Shown here one piece after another: positions 28,144 to 37,763 of a DNA stretch of 64,000 nucleotides (positions are counted from its first letter, which is position 1; the number at the start of each line of letters is the position of its first letter). The notes under the pieces were generated by a model. It had not been told where the DNA came from. It saw only the letters and a program-made list of their open reading frames with translations, and did not search any database. The stretch comes from a virus (lineage: Duplodnaviria; Heunggongvirae; Uroviricota; Caudoviricetes), in the IMG/VR virus record IMGVR_UViG_3300008085_000025, positions 46,839-110,838 of that record; one strand, 5' to 3'. The position numbers and the translations under genes were made by a program.

Positions 28144-29913
28144 ATGCTAGTATTGCGCGGACATATAACGTTAAACGACCGTCATGTTCCTATCATCATA
28201 ACTGATGAATATCCACTGGGACTAGAACTAACACCACATTCTATGGCCAAAAATCCCCCTATGGGTAAAACGATAGAGGCTCTTTTTTCTGAATCTGCTG
28301 GTCTCTTAAATTTGGAAGATTGGCAATATGATTTGACCGCACTACCAGAGCATGATGTTCGACGAGTCGGACTGACATTTGGGTACGGGGTGTCGCCGGA
28401 AGTTTTTCCAGATCTTGAAAGCGACGATTATGTCAAACGCACTGCAAAAGATATCAAGAATGAATACCTCAGAATAGCTGGGGGTCGAGTGGATATTGAG
28501 GTATATCCGGTAAACTTTCCAACGATTATAACCAGTGATGGCTACTTTGGTGTAGATTGGCCTATGCTTCGGTATATGTCAGATCAGGCGTATCCCAATA
28601 AAAGACTCGGCGACACGCATTACGGGTGTATAACATCTTCCGGTATTTCTAATTCTAGCTTGTGTGGTCGTGCCGATTTAAATGGTCCGAAAAGCTGGTC
28701 TAAGTCGTGGTGTGTGTACAAAAAAAGTACGCATATACACGAAACCCTAGGACATTCCTTATTAGGAGTTAGTCATTCTGGCCAAGGACAACGCGAATAT
28801 GCAGAAAATTCCACGTGGATGGGGCTCGACCGACTACCGGGGGTCGTATATGATTTTAATACCCCACACTTAATCGAAGCCGGGTTGATAGAAGACAACA
28901 ACATCATTGGGCTTGAATCCGGAGAGTCTGTTGAAACGTGGTTGGTCCAAGGTTCCAGAAATCCTTTGTCCTTACGCACCGGCGAGAATAAAGCTGTTAT
29001 GTGCAACACAGGAGACAGCACGAACAAATCAGTATGTGTTAGTTTCTACAATGGAGTTGTTGCCGTCCATGTACCGTGGTTCGAGGGTACCAAGCGGTGG
29101 GTAATTACTAGGCTGTTGCGGTATATTGAAACTGAAACGCAATACGAATTCGATGACATTGTGGTGCGAGTAGAAAAACTTAACAAATATTCCGCAAAAG
29201 TGCGGGTCTTTAATAAAACCAGTACCGCACCCACACCAACGATAACAGAACCTATATGGTGGATTGGGGATTCATCGCCAATAACTAAAAACTTGGCCGG
29301 ACAGTGGGGCAACAAACAATGGTCGGTGCAAGGGGTGCATGTTGGGTTCACCGACGACAATCGCGTGGTTTTGCACTGGCTAACGTGGAAAGATCGGGAG
29401 CATAGCCAACACCAGTGGTTTTGGGCTGTTTGTGATGTAGAAGGGACTGTCGCCAAGGGTACGATTGTTACTGCTAACCCCGAGGGAGAAATATCGGAAT
29501 TGGGGGAAATCATGGTTTATTGGCACAATGACACTACCGGCATAATGCGGGGGGAAATAGAAGGATATGGCCCAATAGCCGTGCCGTTACAGAGAATATC
29601 ACAAGCTTCGGAACATTCAATGAACGGATACTATGGAATTGGTAACAACGAAGGAATGACAATTTCTGTAGACTCAAAAGGCCATGCCATATTGTATTGG
29701 CTTTTGCACGATACCGAAGGAAACAAACTATGGCGGATGTTGTCAGGCCCATTAGATGATTTGAAAATATATTCGGTAGATGGTGGACAGTTTGCTATAA
29801 AATCTGACTTTGAAATAAATTCAATCGGTACCGGCAGCGTTGAAAATGGACAAATTCTCTTTAATATTACCGGTCAACCACCAGATCAAAGAACTTTAAG
29901 ACGTTTGGTTTGA
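28144..29913 (+). CDS. Large late protein, paralog 2
   Basis: 589 aa, collinear diverged paralog of 26310..28070. Confidence 0.6.
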   Translation: MLVLRGHITLNDRHVPIIITDEYPLGLELTPHSMAKNPPMGKTIEALFSESAGLLNLEDWQYDLTALPEHDVRRVGLTFGYGVSPEVFPDLESDDYVKRTAKDIKNEYLRIAGGRVDIEVYPVNFPTIITSDGYFGVDWPMLRYMSDQAYPNKRLGDTHYGCITSSGISNSSLCGRADLNGPKSWSKSWCVYKKSTHIHETLGHSLLGVSHSGQGQREYAENSTWMGLDRLPGVVYDFNTPHLIEAGLIEDNNIIGLESGESVETWLVQGSRNPLSLRTGENKAVMCNTGDSTNKSVCVSFYNGVVAVHVPWFEGTKRWVITRLLRYIETETQYEFDDIVVRVEKLNKYSAKVRVFNKTSTAPTPTITEPIWWIGDSSPITKNLAGQWGNKQWSVQGVHVGFTDDNRVVLHWLTWKDREHSQHQWFWAVCDVEGTVAKGTIVTANPEGEISELGEIMVYWHNDTTGIMRGEIEGYGPIAVPLQRISQASEHSMNGYYGIGNNEGMTISVDSKGHAILYWLLHDTEGNKLWRMLSGPLDDLKIYSVDGGQFAIKSDFEINSIGTGSVENGQILFNITGQPPDQRTLRRLV

Positions 29914-29937
29914 TAAGTTTTTAAACCGTAAAATTTT

Positions 29938-29966
29938 TTGACTTTTTGAATAGTTCCAGTTATAAT
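29938..29966 (+). promoter_or_regulatory. sigma70-type promoter TTGACT-N17-TATAAT
   Basis: Consensus boxes; an in-frame ATG at 29973 lies 7 nt after the -10, so a leaderless start is possible. Confidence 0.55.
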
Positions 29967-30698
29967 ACATCAATGAAATTTTTTAAATCATACGGACCAA
30001 ACCCCGAAGGAAGAGACTTCGTAGTATCCGATCTACACGGATGCTATGAAGATTTCAAAAATCTTCTTTATGACAACAGATTCGATCCTAATGTAGACAG
30101 AGTTTTTTCTGTAGGAGACCTTGTGGACCGTGGACCAGATAGCCTTTCTTGTCTAAAACTGATGGAAGAAGAATGGTTTTTTCCCGTTTTAGGAAATCAC
30201 GAAATAATGTGGCTTGCTGCTCATAAGTATTGGATGGAAGATTACGACCCTGCTACTGATGATGTCGTTCAGTTGAAAACATATTTTCATATTTTTATGC
30301 AAAACGGTGGGTCCATTATTGACAATGGGGGAGCATACCTTAGATTTAAAAAAATAATAGAAAAGCTTCCGTCTATTATTGAGGTAAACCATAAAAATGG
30401 TAAGAAATTTGGGGTGCTACATGCAGAGCTTCCAATCAAATTCACCGATTGGTCGTTATTGTATAAAATGACAGAAGACCAGATGAGCAAAGATTTAGCG
30501 GACAATTTGTATTGGGGCAGAAGCCGTTTTACTTCCAGAAGCTATTTACAAGCCGATCTTAAAAAAATTCTAAATGTTGACCGGATTTACGTCGGACACA
30601 CTATAGTTGAAAAAGTTACCAATATTGGAAACGTTCGTTACATAGACACTGGTAGTTTTTTATCAACCGGTAAAATCACTGTGGAGTTAATGGAATGA
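29946..30698 (+). CDS. Ser/Thr protein phosphatase (calcineurin-like metallophosphoesterase, lambda PPase-like)
   Basis: DLHG, GDLVDRGP and GNHE motifs in canonical order; start may be 29973. Confidence 0.85.
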   Translation: MNSSSYNTSMKFFKSYGPNPEGRDFVVSDLHGCYEDFKNLLYDNRFDPNVDRVFSVGDLVDRGPDSLSCLKLMEEEWFFPVLGNHEIMWLAAHKYWMEDYDPATDDVVQLKTYFHIFMQNGGSIIDNGGAYLRFKKIIEKLPSIIEVNHKNGKKFGVLHAELPIKFTDWSLLYKMTEDQMSKDLADNLYWGRSRFTSRSYLQADLKKILNVDRIYVGHTIVEKVTNIGNVRYIDTGSFLSTGKITVELME

Positions 30699-31126
30699 TG
30701 CAATTTAGGGGAAAATATGATTTTTTAAGTAATTTTTATATGCATCCTATAACATTTCAGGGTGTAACCTATCTTACCTCAGAGCATGCTTACCAAGCTT
30801 TGAAGTTTACTGACCCATCTATTCGGCAAAAGATAATTAATTCAAATACTCCGGGAAAGGCCAAACGCCTATCTCGAAAGTACAGTAAATACGTCCGCCC
30901 GGATTGGATTGACATCAGTCTACAAATAATGTATGATCTTAACAAGATCAAGTTTTCTGATACAGAACTTGCCGAAAGACTGTCACAAATAGACGAGCCA
31001 ATCGTGGAAGGAAACAGTTGGGGAGATACTTTTTGGGGGGTTGATATAGAAAGCGGGAAGGGGGAAAATCATCTTGGTCGAATTTTGGAAAGGATCAAGA
31101 AAGAAAACGAAGTATTTACTGACTAA
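30695..31126 (+). CDS. NADAR / YbiA (DUF1768) domain protein
   Basis: FRGKYDFLSNFY...EHAYQALKF signature. Confidence 0.8.
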   Translation: MMQFRGKYDFLSNFYMHPITFQGVTYLTSEHAYQALKFTDPSIRQKIINSNTPGKAKRLSRKYSKYVRPDWIDISLQIMYDLNKIKFSDTELAERLSQIDEPIVEGNSWGDTFWGVDIESGKGENHLGRILERIKKENEVFTD

Positions 31127-31186
31127 AGGAGAAATACATGTGGGTACTTGATACATCGGGTTTAGGAACTATTATTTTTCCTAGGT

Positions 31187-31585
31187 GTGTTGTTTTTATT
31201 GGGTCTGTGGGTTCGAAGTTCTATTAAAAGAAATATGGCTATCAGTAGTAGAGAAGAAGAGCCGTATGAATTTATATCTGACTGGCGATCTATTAAGAGA
31301 ATTGTAATTTCAGTAGTACTCGTAGTCCTCTGGTTTGTTGTTATGCCGGTTCGTCAAGAATTGAATGATGGGGCCGCAAGGGATTCTATGAAGACCGAGT
31401 TTAATGAAATAACAGAGGAACATCGAGTTCGAATTGAGAATAACTTGACAAGAGAAGCGATAGAGTCTAGACTGAAAGAACTTCGGGAAGAAAACCAGAC
31501 TATTCAAGAACAGGTCGAAAATCAATACGAAGAATTGAAAAAATCTCAAGAAGATGGTACTAACAAAGGAGACGATCAACCATGA
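31187..31585 (+). CDS. membrane protein with coiled-coil tail
   Basis: TM helix ISVVLVVLWFVVMPV then E/Q-rich coiled coil. Confidence 0.45.
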   Translation: MLFLLGLWVRSSIKRNMAISSREEEPYEFISDWRSIKRIVISVVLVVLWFVVMPVRQELNDGAARDSMKTEFNEITEEHRVRIENNLTREAIESRLKELREENQTIQEQVENQYEELKKSQEDGTNKGDDQP

Positions 31586-32465
31586 GAAAACTATTAGTAG
31601 CAGTTGTAATATCCCTTGGAGCTTTACTAATGAGTGGGTGCAGCTACGAGAGAATTCCACCCGCGCATCAGGAAAGATTTTGACAGCACAGGGATATCAG
31701 GATGAAGTTTTGCCACCGGGACGCAAGGCGGTATATATGTTCCAGACACTTGTCCTTTTGGATATGTCTACTCAAACTTTCACCGAAAGTATGACTGTCA
31801 TTTTGTCTGACCGGTTGGAACTGGATTTCGATGTTCGCTTTCGCGCCAGACTGCGCAACGAGCCCCAAATTATAAATGCGATGTTCAATGACATCAAGGT
31901 TGAGCGCGATAATCCATATCTTGGTCTTGACACAGCCTATCGTACCTACGCACAGATGATCGTGCAGAACAAGGCACGTGTGGTTCTTAATCGCTATAGT
32001 TCCGAAGAGGTTTATCAGAATTACGCTCTTATTTCTGATGAACTCGGGGCCGAGATAGGTCCAGCGTTGAGAGGAACACCCCTCTCTTTGGAAAACGTGA
32101 TCATTAATAACATTGCGTTCCCGGATGTCGTGACCCGCGCAATCGAAGTCGCTAAAGAACGGGAGCTTGATATCCAGAGAGAGCGAGCCCAGAACGAAAT
32201 AGACCTTCTTCGTAAAGAAAACGACCGTAGGTTGGCGGAAGCGGAGTATCAGACTCGTATGACTCGTGCAAAGACAATTCGAGATGAGAATCGAACTATT
32301 GCTGAAGGTATAAGCCCCGCCCCACTCGAATTCCGAAGATTGGAAGTTCAGCAAGCGTTTGCGGAACAGGCTGGGTTGGATGGAAATTTCACATTCATGC
32401 CGGTTGAAGCCCTGTATACGCCGGGAGGCAATATGAGAGTATACAATCCCCCACAGTCCCAGTAA
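31583..32465 (+). CDS. SPFH/Band-7 (stomatin/prohibitin-like) lipoprotein, reading frame interrupted near 31670
   Basis: Lipoprotein signal MRKLLVAVVISLGALLMSGC in one frame ends at a TGA after 32 aa; SPFH body continues in another frame (ORF track 31554..32465); one extra T in GATTTTGA would fuse them. Confidence 0.55.
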
Positions 32466-32570
32466 TCGGGTGCGAAAAAAGGTCAATAGTAGCAGACAGC
32501 AACCCAGTGACCTTGAAAGACCCGAAGTGTGAACGCACAGTGAAGCTGTTAGGCTGTCAAACCCGAAATC

Positions 32571-32604
32571 AAAGACCCACAATGGGTCTTTGATTTTTTT
32601 TGTG
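32571..32604 (+). terminator. rho-independent terminator
   Basis: AAAGACCCAC-aa-TGGGTCTTTG then TTTTTTTT. Confidence 0.75.
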
Positions 32605-32658
32605 TATCTGAATATTCTATAAATAGTTCTTGTAATGTCCCAACAAGGAGAATGGGTA

Positions 32659-33117
32659 ATGAGCTTTTTAAAAAATATCCTAGAAGAGAACAGATTCGAA
32701 GAACAATTGTGCAGTTTCCAAGAAGAATATAATAACTTGTTTGAAGAGTTTTGTGCATTGGTATCTGAACATGACATCCAGATTAGTGAAGATGCGGTAG
32801 AAGCTATAAGTGAGGGCATTACAGATTTTGGCCCAAACATGTCAGTGGGAGAAATTTTCGACGAAGCCCAGCGTAGATTTAATACGGCTAAGTGGGCGTT
32901 TGGTTTAACAAATAAACTAAAAAATCCAAGCGACAAAAAGAAACACCGAAGAATAGTTATTACTGCGATGAATCAAATACGAGTGGTGATGAACAAGTTG
33001 ATGATGCAGCTAACTAGAGAAGTGGAAGATGAAGAACCGAGCGATAACAGAGATCCTAACACCATTCAGACTCAACGTAGAATGGAAACTAGACCTCGAT
33101 TAGCAATGGGACAATAA
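32659..33117 (+). CDS. hypothetical protein
   Basis: ORF 32635..33117; start moved to ATG after AAGGAGA RBS. Confidence 0.45.
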   Translation: MSFLKNILEENRFEEQLCSFQEEYNNLFEEFCALVSEHDIQISEDAVEAISEGITDFGPNMSVGEIFDEAQRRFNTAKWAFGLTNKLKNPSDKKKHRRIVITAMNQIRVVMNKLMMQLTREVEDEEPSDNRDPNTIQTQRRMETRPRLAMGQ

Positions 33118-33120
33118 TCT

Positions 33121-33939
33121 TTGAAAATAGGAATAGTTTTGGAAAAGGCCAAATTTTCCAAAGAAAAGGTTATAGCGTATCATGCTACCAGTAAAAAGAA
33201 TCTCCGCTCTATTATCAAAAATGGGTTGATAATGAACTACAGGGGCGGGGGCTTGGGTGATGATGAGATGAACACCGATTTCGGGTTTGGCTATGAGCCA
33301 CACGAGGGGGTGTATTTTACTACCAATTTTGGAAAAGCAAAAAATTTTGCTCGTTGGATAGATAGTAGTGAGCCCGCAATAATAATTGCCGAGGTTCAGC
33401 CGAAATCTTCTTATTTAGACGAAGATGATTTATTTCAGATATTAGATAAAATCGACAGTAAGATTTATGGCGAAGTTTTACATATCCTAGACAAATACAA
33501 CCATGACGACTCTGACGAAATGTTTGAAGAAATTGATCAAATGGTTGAAACAATAACTAAAGAAACCACAAAAACTCTTTCTAAAAACTTGAAAGAGTTT
33601 TATAACTTAAATCCGGTAACGGTTGAAAACATTATCAAACGTTCTACCCTTCACATAAAATCTCTTGCTAGTAAATTGGTTGATGGACGTATTACGGGCA
33701 GTACGGATATAAGAGACGAACAAGACGGTCTCAGAAAGATTTTTAAAAATATAGTCAGGAAATATGTTGGAACAGAAAGTGACAAGATTTCTAAAACTTT
33801 TTCTATTCCATCAAATGTAGGATTCAGGGGTTCTAACAAAATCGTCGGGATAATAGATTTGGCCGGAAAAAAAGCTTGGGGCAAACACATACCGTCCGAC
33901 TTTAGTATGGTTGATGCCCCGGTCGAACTTTTAGATTAA
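33121..33939 (+). CDS. ART-fold protein, H-Y-E class (Tpt1/KptA- or PARP-like NAD+-binding lobe) with about 170-aa C-terminal extension
   Basis: AYHATSKKNLRSIIKNGL ... GVYFTT ... PAIIIAEVQ parallels KptA LYHGTASRFLDEIKKQGL ... YVHLS ... PVILTVKAQ; TTG start. Confidence 0.5.
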   Translation: MKIGIVLEKAKFSKEKVIAYHATSKKNLRSIIKNGLIMNYRGGGLGDDEMNTDFGFGYEPHEGVYFTTNFGKAKNFARWIDSSEPAIIIAEVQPKSSYLDEDDLFQILDKIDSKIYGEVLHILDKYNHDDSDEMFEEIDQMVETITKETTKTLSKNLKEFYNLNPVTVENIIKRSTLHIKSLASKLVDGRITGSTDIRDEQDGLRKIFKNIVRKYVGTESDKISKTFSIPSNVGFRGSNKIVGIIDLAGKKAWGKHIPSDFSMVDAPVELLD

Positions 33940-34520
33940 CGGCCCAAAAAAGATTTTAGTTCTGTAATAGATTGCTGTGCTGTAACGTGAACAATACCTA
34001 TTCCGCCAGCATCTCTCCATGGGCCTATGGAATGCATCCTGTCATCAATTAAAATACTGTTGTTTGTGGCGTAGTTGGCCTTGTCTGAAGATTTCTTTAC
34101 CACTTCCACTCTAATTTGCGGACCAAACACTTTTTTAACCCACTCTTTCTTTTGTTCCGCCCCGTCTTTTGGAGTATACCCGGAAGCGGTCAATATATAA
34201 TAATTTTTAAAGTTTGAATGGACGAATCTCATCAACTCAAAAGCATCATCCATAACGGGCAAATTGAGAAAAAATGGCTTAACTTCTTTATCATATCTAC
34301 TCAAGGTAGACCAAAATTTTTTAGAAGGTGTAGTATCTTTGTCTAAACCCAACATTTCTCTGGCCCCCGCAGAGAAATCGGCCAAAACCCCGTCCATATC
34401 TACTGCTATGGTGTACTTATCAGTAGCGTTTACTGATTCTTGTAAAAATATTTCTTTTAAAATCATTTCAATTTTCCTAAAAGTTGTTCTTTGTTCAGTT
34501 TGAATCCACTGTCCACCCAT
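33936..34520 (-). CDS. HAD-family 5'(3')-deoxyribonucleotidase-like phosphatase
   Basis: AVDMDGVLADF HAD motif I. Confidence 0.7.
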   Translation of the reverse strand: MGGQWIQTEQRTTFRKIEMILKEIFLQESVNATDKYTIAVDMDGVLADFSAGAREMLGLDKDTTPSKKFWSTLSRYDKEVKPFFLNLPVMDDAFELMRFVHSNFKNYYILTASGYTPKDGAEQKKEWVKKVFGPQIRVEVVKKSSDKANYATNNSILIDDRMHSIGPWRDAGGIGIVHVTAQQSITELKSFLGR

Positions 34521-35650
34521 TGTTTTTTGAGTGAATTGATCATTTTACCTAATTCTGGTCCGGGTGTAAAACCCCGTTTCAATAAATCTCCACCAGAAAC
34601 GGGGAATGGTGGAGCATTTTCTGCTGCTTTTGCCGCTGATACAGCAGAACTGTCACCAACTGCCAACCCATATTGACGAACAGTTTCGGGTTTAATTCCA
34701 TTGAAAAAGATTTCATCAAGAAAAGAAACACCTTTTACGTTTTCCCGCGCCACTATGTAGTTTATCAAATTGGCTTCTGGTCTAGACATTTTCATTCTCG
34801 ACACGAAATTCATTGTCTCCGACGGTGTTGCGTCCAACATTGTGGCTATGACCGCCTCTGGGCGAATCTCAGGCAGTTTTGCAGCTTCGGCTCCGTGCCG
34901 TATTGCTGAACTGCTTGTTGGCATAGAAATGGCCCCTAGGACGCCACATTTTTTCATTTCTTTGAATGCTTGTTTCATATTTGGTTGTATTACCATTTTA
35001 CTTAACTCTGACCAAATTCTTTCCGCCGATATTTTACGTAATCCTCCAACATTTCTTGAAATAGATTGTAAAGTTTGTTCGTCTGACGCTCGTCCTTCTT
35101 GTTTGGCCAAGAATCTGAAATAACGAAGAATCCGGAGATAATCTTCTTGAATTCTTTCATCTGGGTCGCCGACAAAGCGGGTTTGCTTGTTCTTCAAGTC
35201 TTCATGGCCACCAAAGTAATCATGAAGTTTTCCGTCCATATCCACCGACATAGCGTTATAGGTCAAATCCCTTCTTCTGGCGTCTTCCTTAAAATCGCGA
35301 GTCCATTCCACTTCAGCATGTCTACCGTCAGTATCTTTGTCAATTCTTAAAGTGGTTATTTCATAAGGTTCATCATTTATAACAAAAGTTAATGTTCCAT
35401 GTTCTGATCCGGTATCAACAACTCTAAGGTTGTTTACACGCCCAATCTTTTCCATCTCTTCCGGGGTAGCGGTTGTTGCTAGGTCGATGTCTTTGGGGGT
35501 TTTTCCGAGTAAAGCATCACGCACAGCACCACCTACGATTCGTATTTCGTATCCATTATTTTTGAATATACGACCTAATTTTTTAACATCCGGGCCGATG
35601 ATGGATGAAAGGTCTGGTTCTTTCGCCTCGAATAGCTTAATTATCTTCAT
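34463..35650 (-). CDS. cca: tRNA nucleotidyltransferase (class II CCA-adding enzyme)
   Basis: IVGGAVRDALLGKTPKDIDL head motif and EDARRRDLTYNAM (cf. E. coli LEDDLKRRDLTINAL). Confidence 0.85.
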   Translation of the reverse strand: MKIIKLFEAKEPDLSSIIGPDVKKLGRIFKNNGYEIRIVGGAVRDALLGKTPKDIDLATTATPEEMEKIGRVNNLRVVDTGSEHGTLTFVINDEPYEITTLRIDKDTDGRHAEVEWTRDFKEDARRRDLTYNAMSVDMDGKLHDYFGGHEDLKNKQTRFVGDPDERIQEDYLRILRYFRFLAKQEGRASDEQTLQSISRNVGGLRKISAERIWSELSKMVIQPNMKQAFKEMKKCGVLGAISMPTSSSAIRHGAEAAKLPEIRPEAVIATMLDATPSETMNFVSRMKMSRPEANLINYIVARENVKGVSFLDEIFFNGIKPETVRQYGLAVGDSSAVSAAKAAENAPPFPVSGGDLLKRGFTPGPELGKMINSLKKQWVDSGFKLNKEQLLGKLK

Positions 35651-35757
35651 TTCAATTTTCCATATTCTCTCTAAATTGTTTATTATTGGTTTCGGGCCAA
35701 TTGCGAATTTTGATATAATTCTATTTATTTCAGTAAATATTAGAAATACAAATATAC

Positions 35758-36603
35758 TTGGTTATGAAAATATTAGATGTATTGAAAGAAGCCCCTATAC
35801 GGGATATCGAACATGTCGGCAATTTCTCCAAAAATTCTTCGTTTCGCCATGAACGAGATAGAAATATTATAACACATCCAGCGTCAATTGAAAACATCAA
35901 GAAAAAATTTGGAAAAACCAAACAAAACATCAACCTCGTGTTTGTCAACACCCCACAGGGTGGCAGAATCACAGAACACGGAAAAGTCGATATAGAGGAA
36001 GTCAGGAAATATCTGGGGGATGAAGTAGCCTCTACTGTCCAAAAGGTCCATGGCTCAAACGACATCACCGTTGTTATGACCAATAACTCGGCAGACCAGA
36101 GATTTAATATGACTCCTTGGATTGTTGCACACAGGATGATGCATGCTTTTGCTAGAAAAGGGGGCGTCGGCTTCCAAAAAGAATACACCAAACCTGCTGA
36201 TGAATTACTACGCTACTTTTCATACATCACAAAGTTGTATGGTGTCATAGACCATGGTGACCGTGATGTTCGATATGAAACAACTTATAATACTGGAAGG
36301 AATTTCCAGTTATTCATGAAGAATTTTTTTCAAGAGGTGGGTACATTTAAGTCGGCCAGAGACAGAAAGATTAGAGACTGGTTCGAAGTTTTCAATGAAT
36401 TAGGTGCTCAATACATGATCACTGGAAACATAAAATTCAAAGAGCTTCCAAGATGTGTAAAATCGGGCCGAAGGAATTATTGCGCTCAAGGAGACGTAGA
36501 ATATAGTGAAGCGGAAGGCGCCTTGGATGCCATTGGGTACTATTACAAATCAGAACTTCAAAAGATGTTAGACAATTACGAGGGTAGTATCTTTATAATG
36601 TGA
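35758..36603 (+). CDS. hypothetical protein
   Basis: 281-aa ORF. Confidence 0.5.
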   Translation: MVMKILDVLKEAPIRDIEHVGNFSKNSSFRHERDRNIITHPASIENIKKKFGKTKQNINLVFVNTPQGGRITEHGKVDIEEVRKYLGDEVASTVQKVHGSNDITVVMTNNSADQRFNMTPWIVAHRMMHAFARKGGVGFQKEYTKPADELLRYFSYITKLYGVIDHGDRDVRYETTYNTGRNFQLFMKNFFQEVGTFKSARDRKIRDWFEVFNELGAQYMITGNIKFKELPRCVKSGRRNYCAQGDVEYSEAEGALDAIGYYYKSELQKMLDNYEGSIFIM

Positions 36604-36831
36604 TCAGTCGTCGTCATTGAGATAATTCTCAATATTTTTTATGATGCTCTCAAGTTCGTATATAAGGTCTTCTTTGGAAGAATCGTTTATAATCTCTTCG
36701 TTTAGAGTTTCAAGATTCTCTATAAGATCGGATATGTTTTTAGCTAAGTCTTCAAGCATTTTTTGCTCCTAATTGATCTTTCTAGTTTATATATCTATCT
36801 GGATAAATAAAAACAGAAATGCTGGAAAACA

Positions 36832-37173
36832 ATGATGTCTTTTTTAAATTTTCTACAAGAGCGTGGACAAGACGATAGCCTTGATTTAATAGAAGAAAGC
36901 GCCGAATACCAAGGTAAAAAGGTAACGCTCAACAAGCCATTTCGAAATGGTGATGGTCCCAAGAAATTTTCGGTCTATGTCAAGAATGATAGGGGCAATG
37001 TTGTTAAAGTAAACTTCGGTGATCCCAACCTTTCTATAAAGAAACACAATCCCGAAAGACGAAAATCGTTTATGGCAAGACACAAGTGTAGTGAAAAAAA
37101 GATAAAACGACACCGGGATATTGGTCCTGTTGGGCATGGAAGACAAAAAACACCCCAGATGATTAAATGTTAG
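36832..37173 (+). CDS. hypothetical basic protein
   Basis: 113-aa ORF. Confidence 0.45.
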   Translation: MMSFLNFLQERGQDDSLDLIEESAEYQGKKVTLNKPFRNGDGPKKFSVYVKNDRGNVVKVNFGDPNLSIKKHNPERRKSFMARHKCSEKKIKRHRDIGPVGHGRQKTPQMIKC

Positions 37174-37259
37174 ACTCTGTTAACATCTTTAGGACAAGAG
37201 GAACATCCTTTTTCGTTACACGGGCAAGCTAAATATAATAAACAAGAAAGTAACTAACA

Positions 37260-37526
37260 ATGGCTACTCACACCTATGATTTTGTTCCCGGAGATACAGC
37301 ATATGCAGTCATTAACAATGATTGTGTGAAAAAGGTATTGGTCCTTCAATATACGTTTGAAACTTATCTAACATCTTCCATCCCCGCTTCTATTGGGGAA
37401 TATGTAGTTAAATACGAAAATGAAGAAAAAACCGATTTTGTGTTACCAGAAAATTTGTTTGCCACTGCTAGTGAAGCGTTGGCTCAAATTGATTTGAATT
37501 TGATGGGAGACTCGTCTCCAGTTTAA
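37260..37526 (+). CDS. hypothetical protein
   Basis: 88-aa ORF with upstream RBS. Confidence 0.4.
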   Translation: MATHTYDFVPGDTAYAVINNDCVKKVLVLQYTFETYLTSSIPASIGEYVVKYENEEKTDFVLPENLFATASEALAQIDLNLMGDSSPV

Positions 37527-37717
37527 CCCAATAAAACTTCTCGGTTGTCTTCCATGACAGGAACTATAATACATTTACTTTTTTGGTCCTCTGTAAGATT
37601 ACTTACAAATACGTCTGCCATGAGTTTAGAAGATTCAACGGTCAGAACTCTGCCGTTTTCTCCGATAACCTTGTAGCGTAAGTCGTTTGTCGAATCAGTT
37701 AGTGTTTTCTTTGTCAT
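37523..37717 (-). CDS. small hypothetical protein
   Basis: 64-aa ORF. Confidence 0.35.
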   Translation of the reverse strand: MTKKTLTDSTNDLRYKVIGENGRVLTVESSKLMADVFVSNLTEDQKSKCIIVPVMEDNREVLLG

Positions 37718-37763
37718 GATAATTTGTATAGCTGTTCTGAATACTATTTATAGAATTCAAATA

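Noticed and set aside
31668-32936. 422-aa minus-strand ORF
   Set aside because: Lies antisense to the well-supported SPFH gene and has low-complexity, Cys/Leu/Ser-rich composition; antisense artefact
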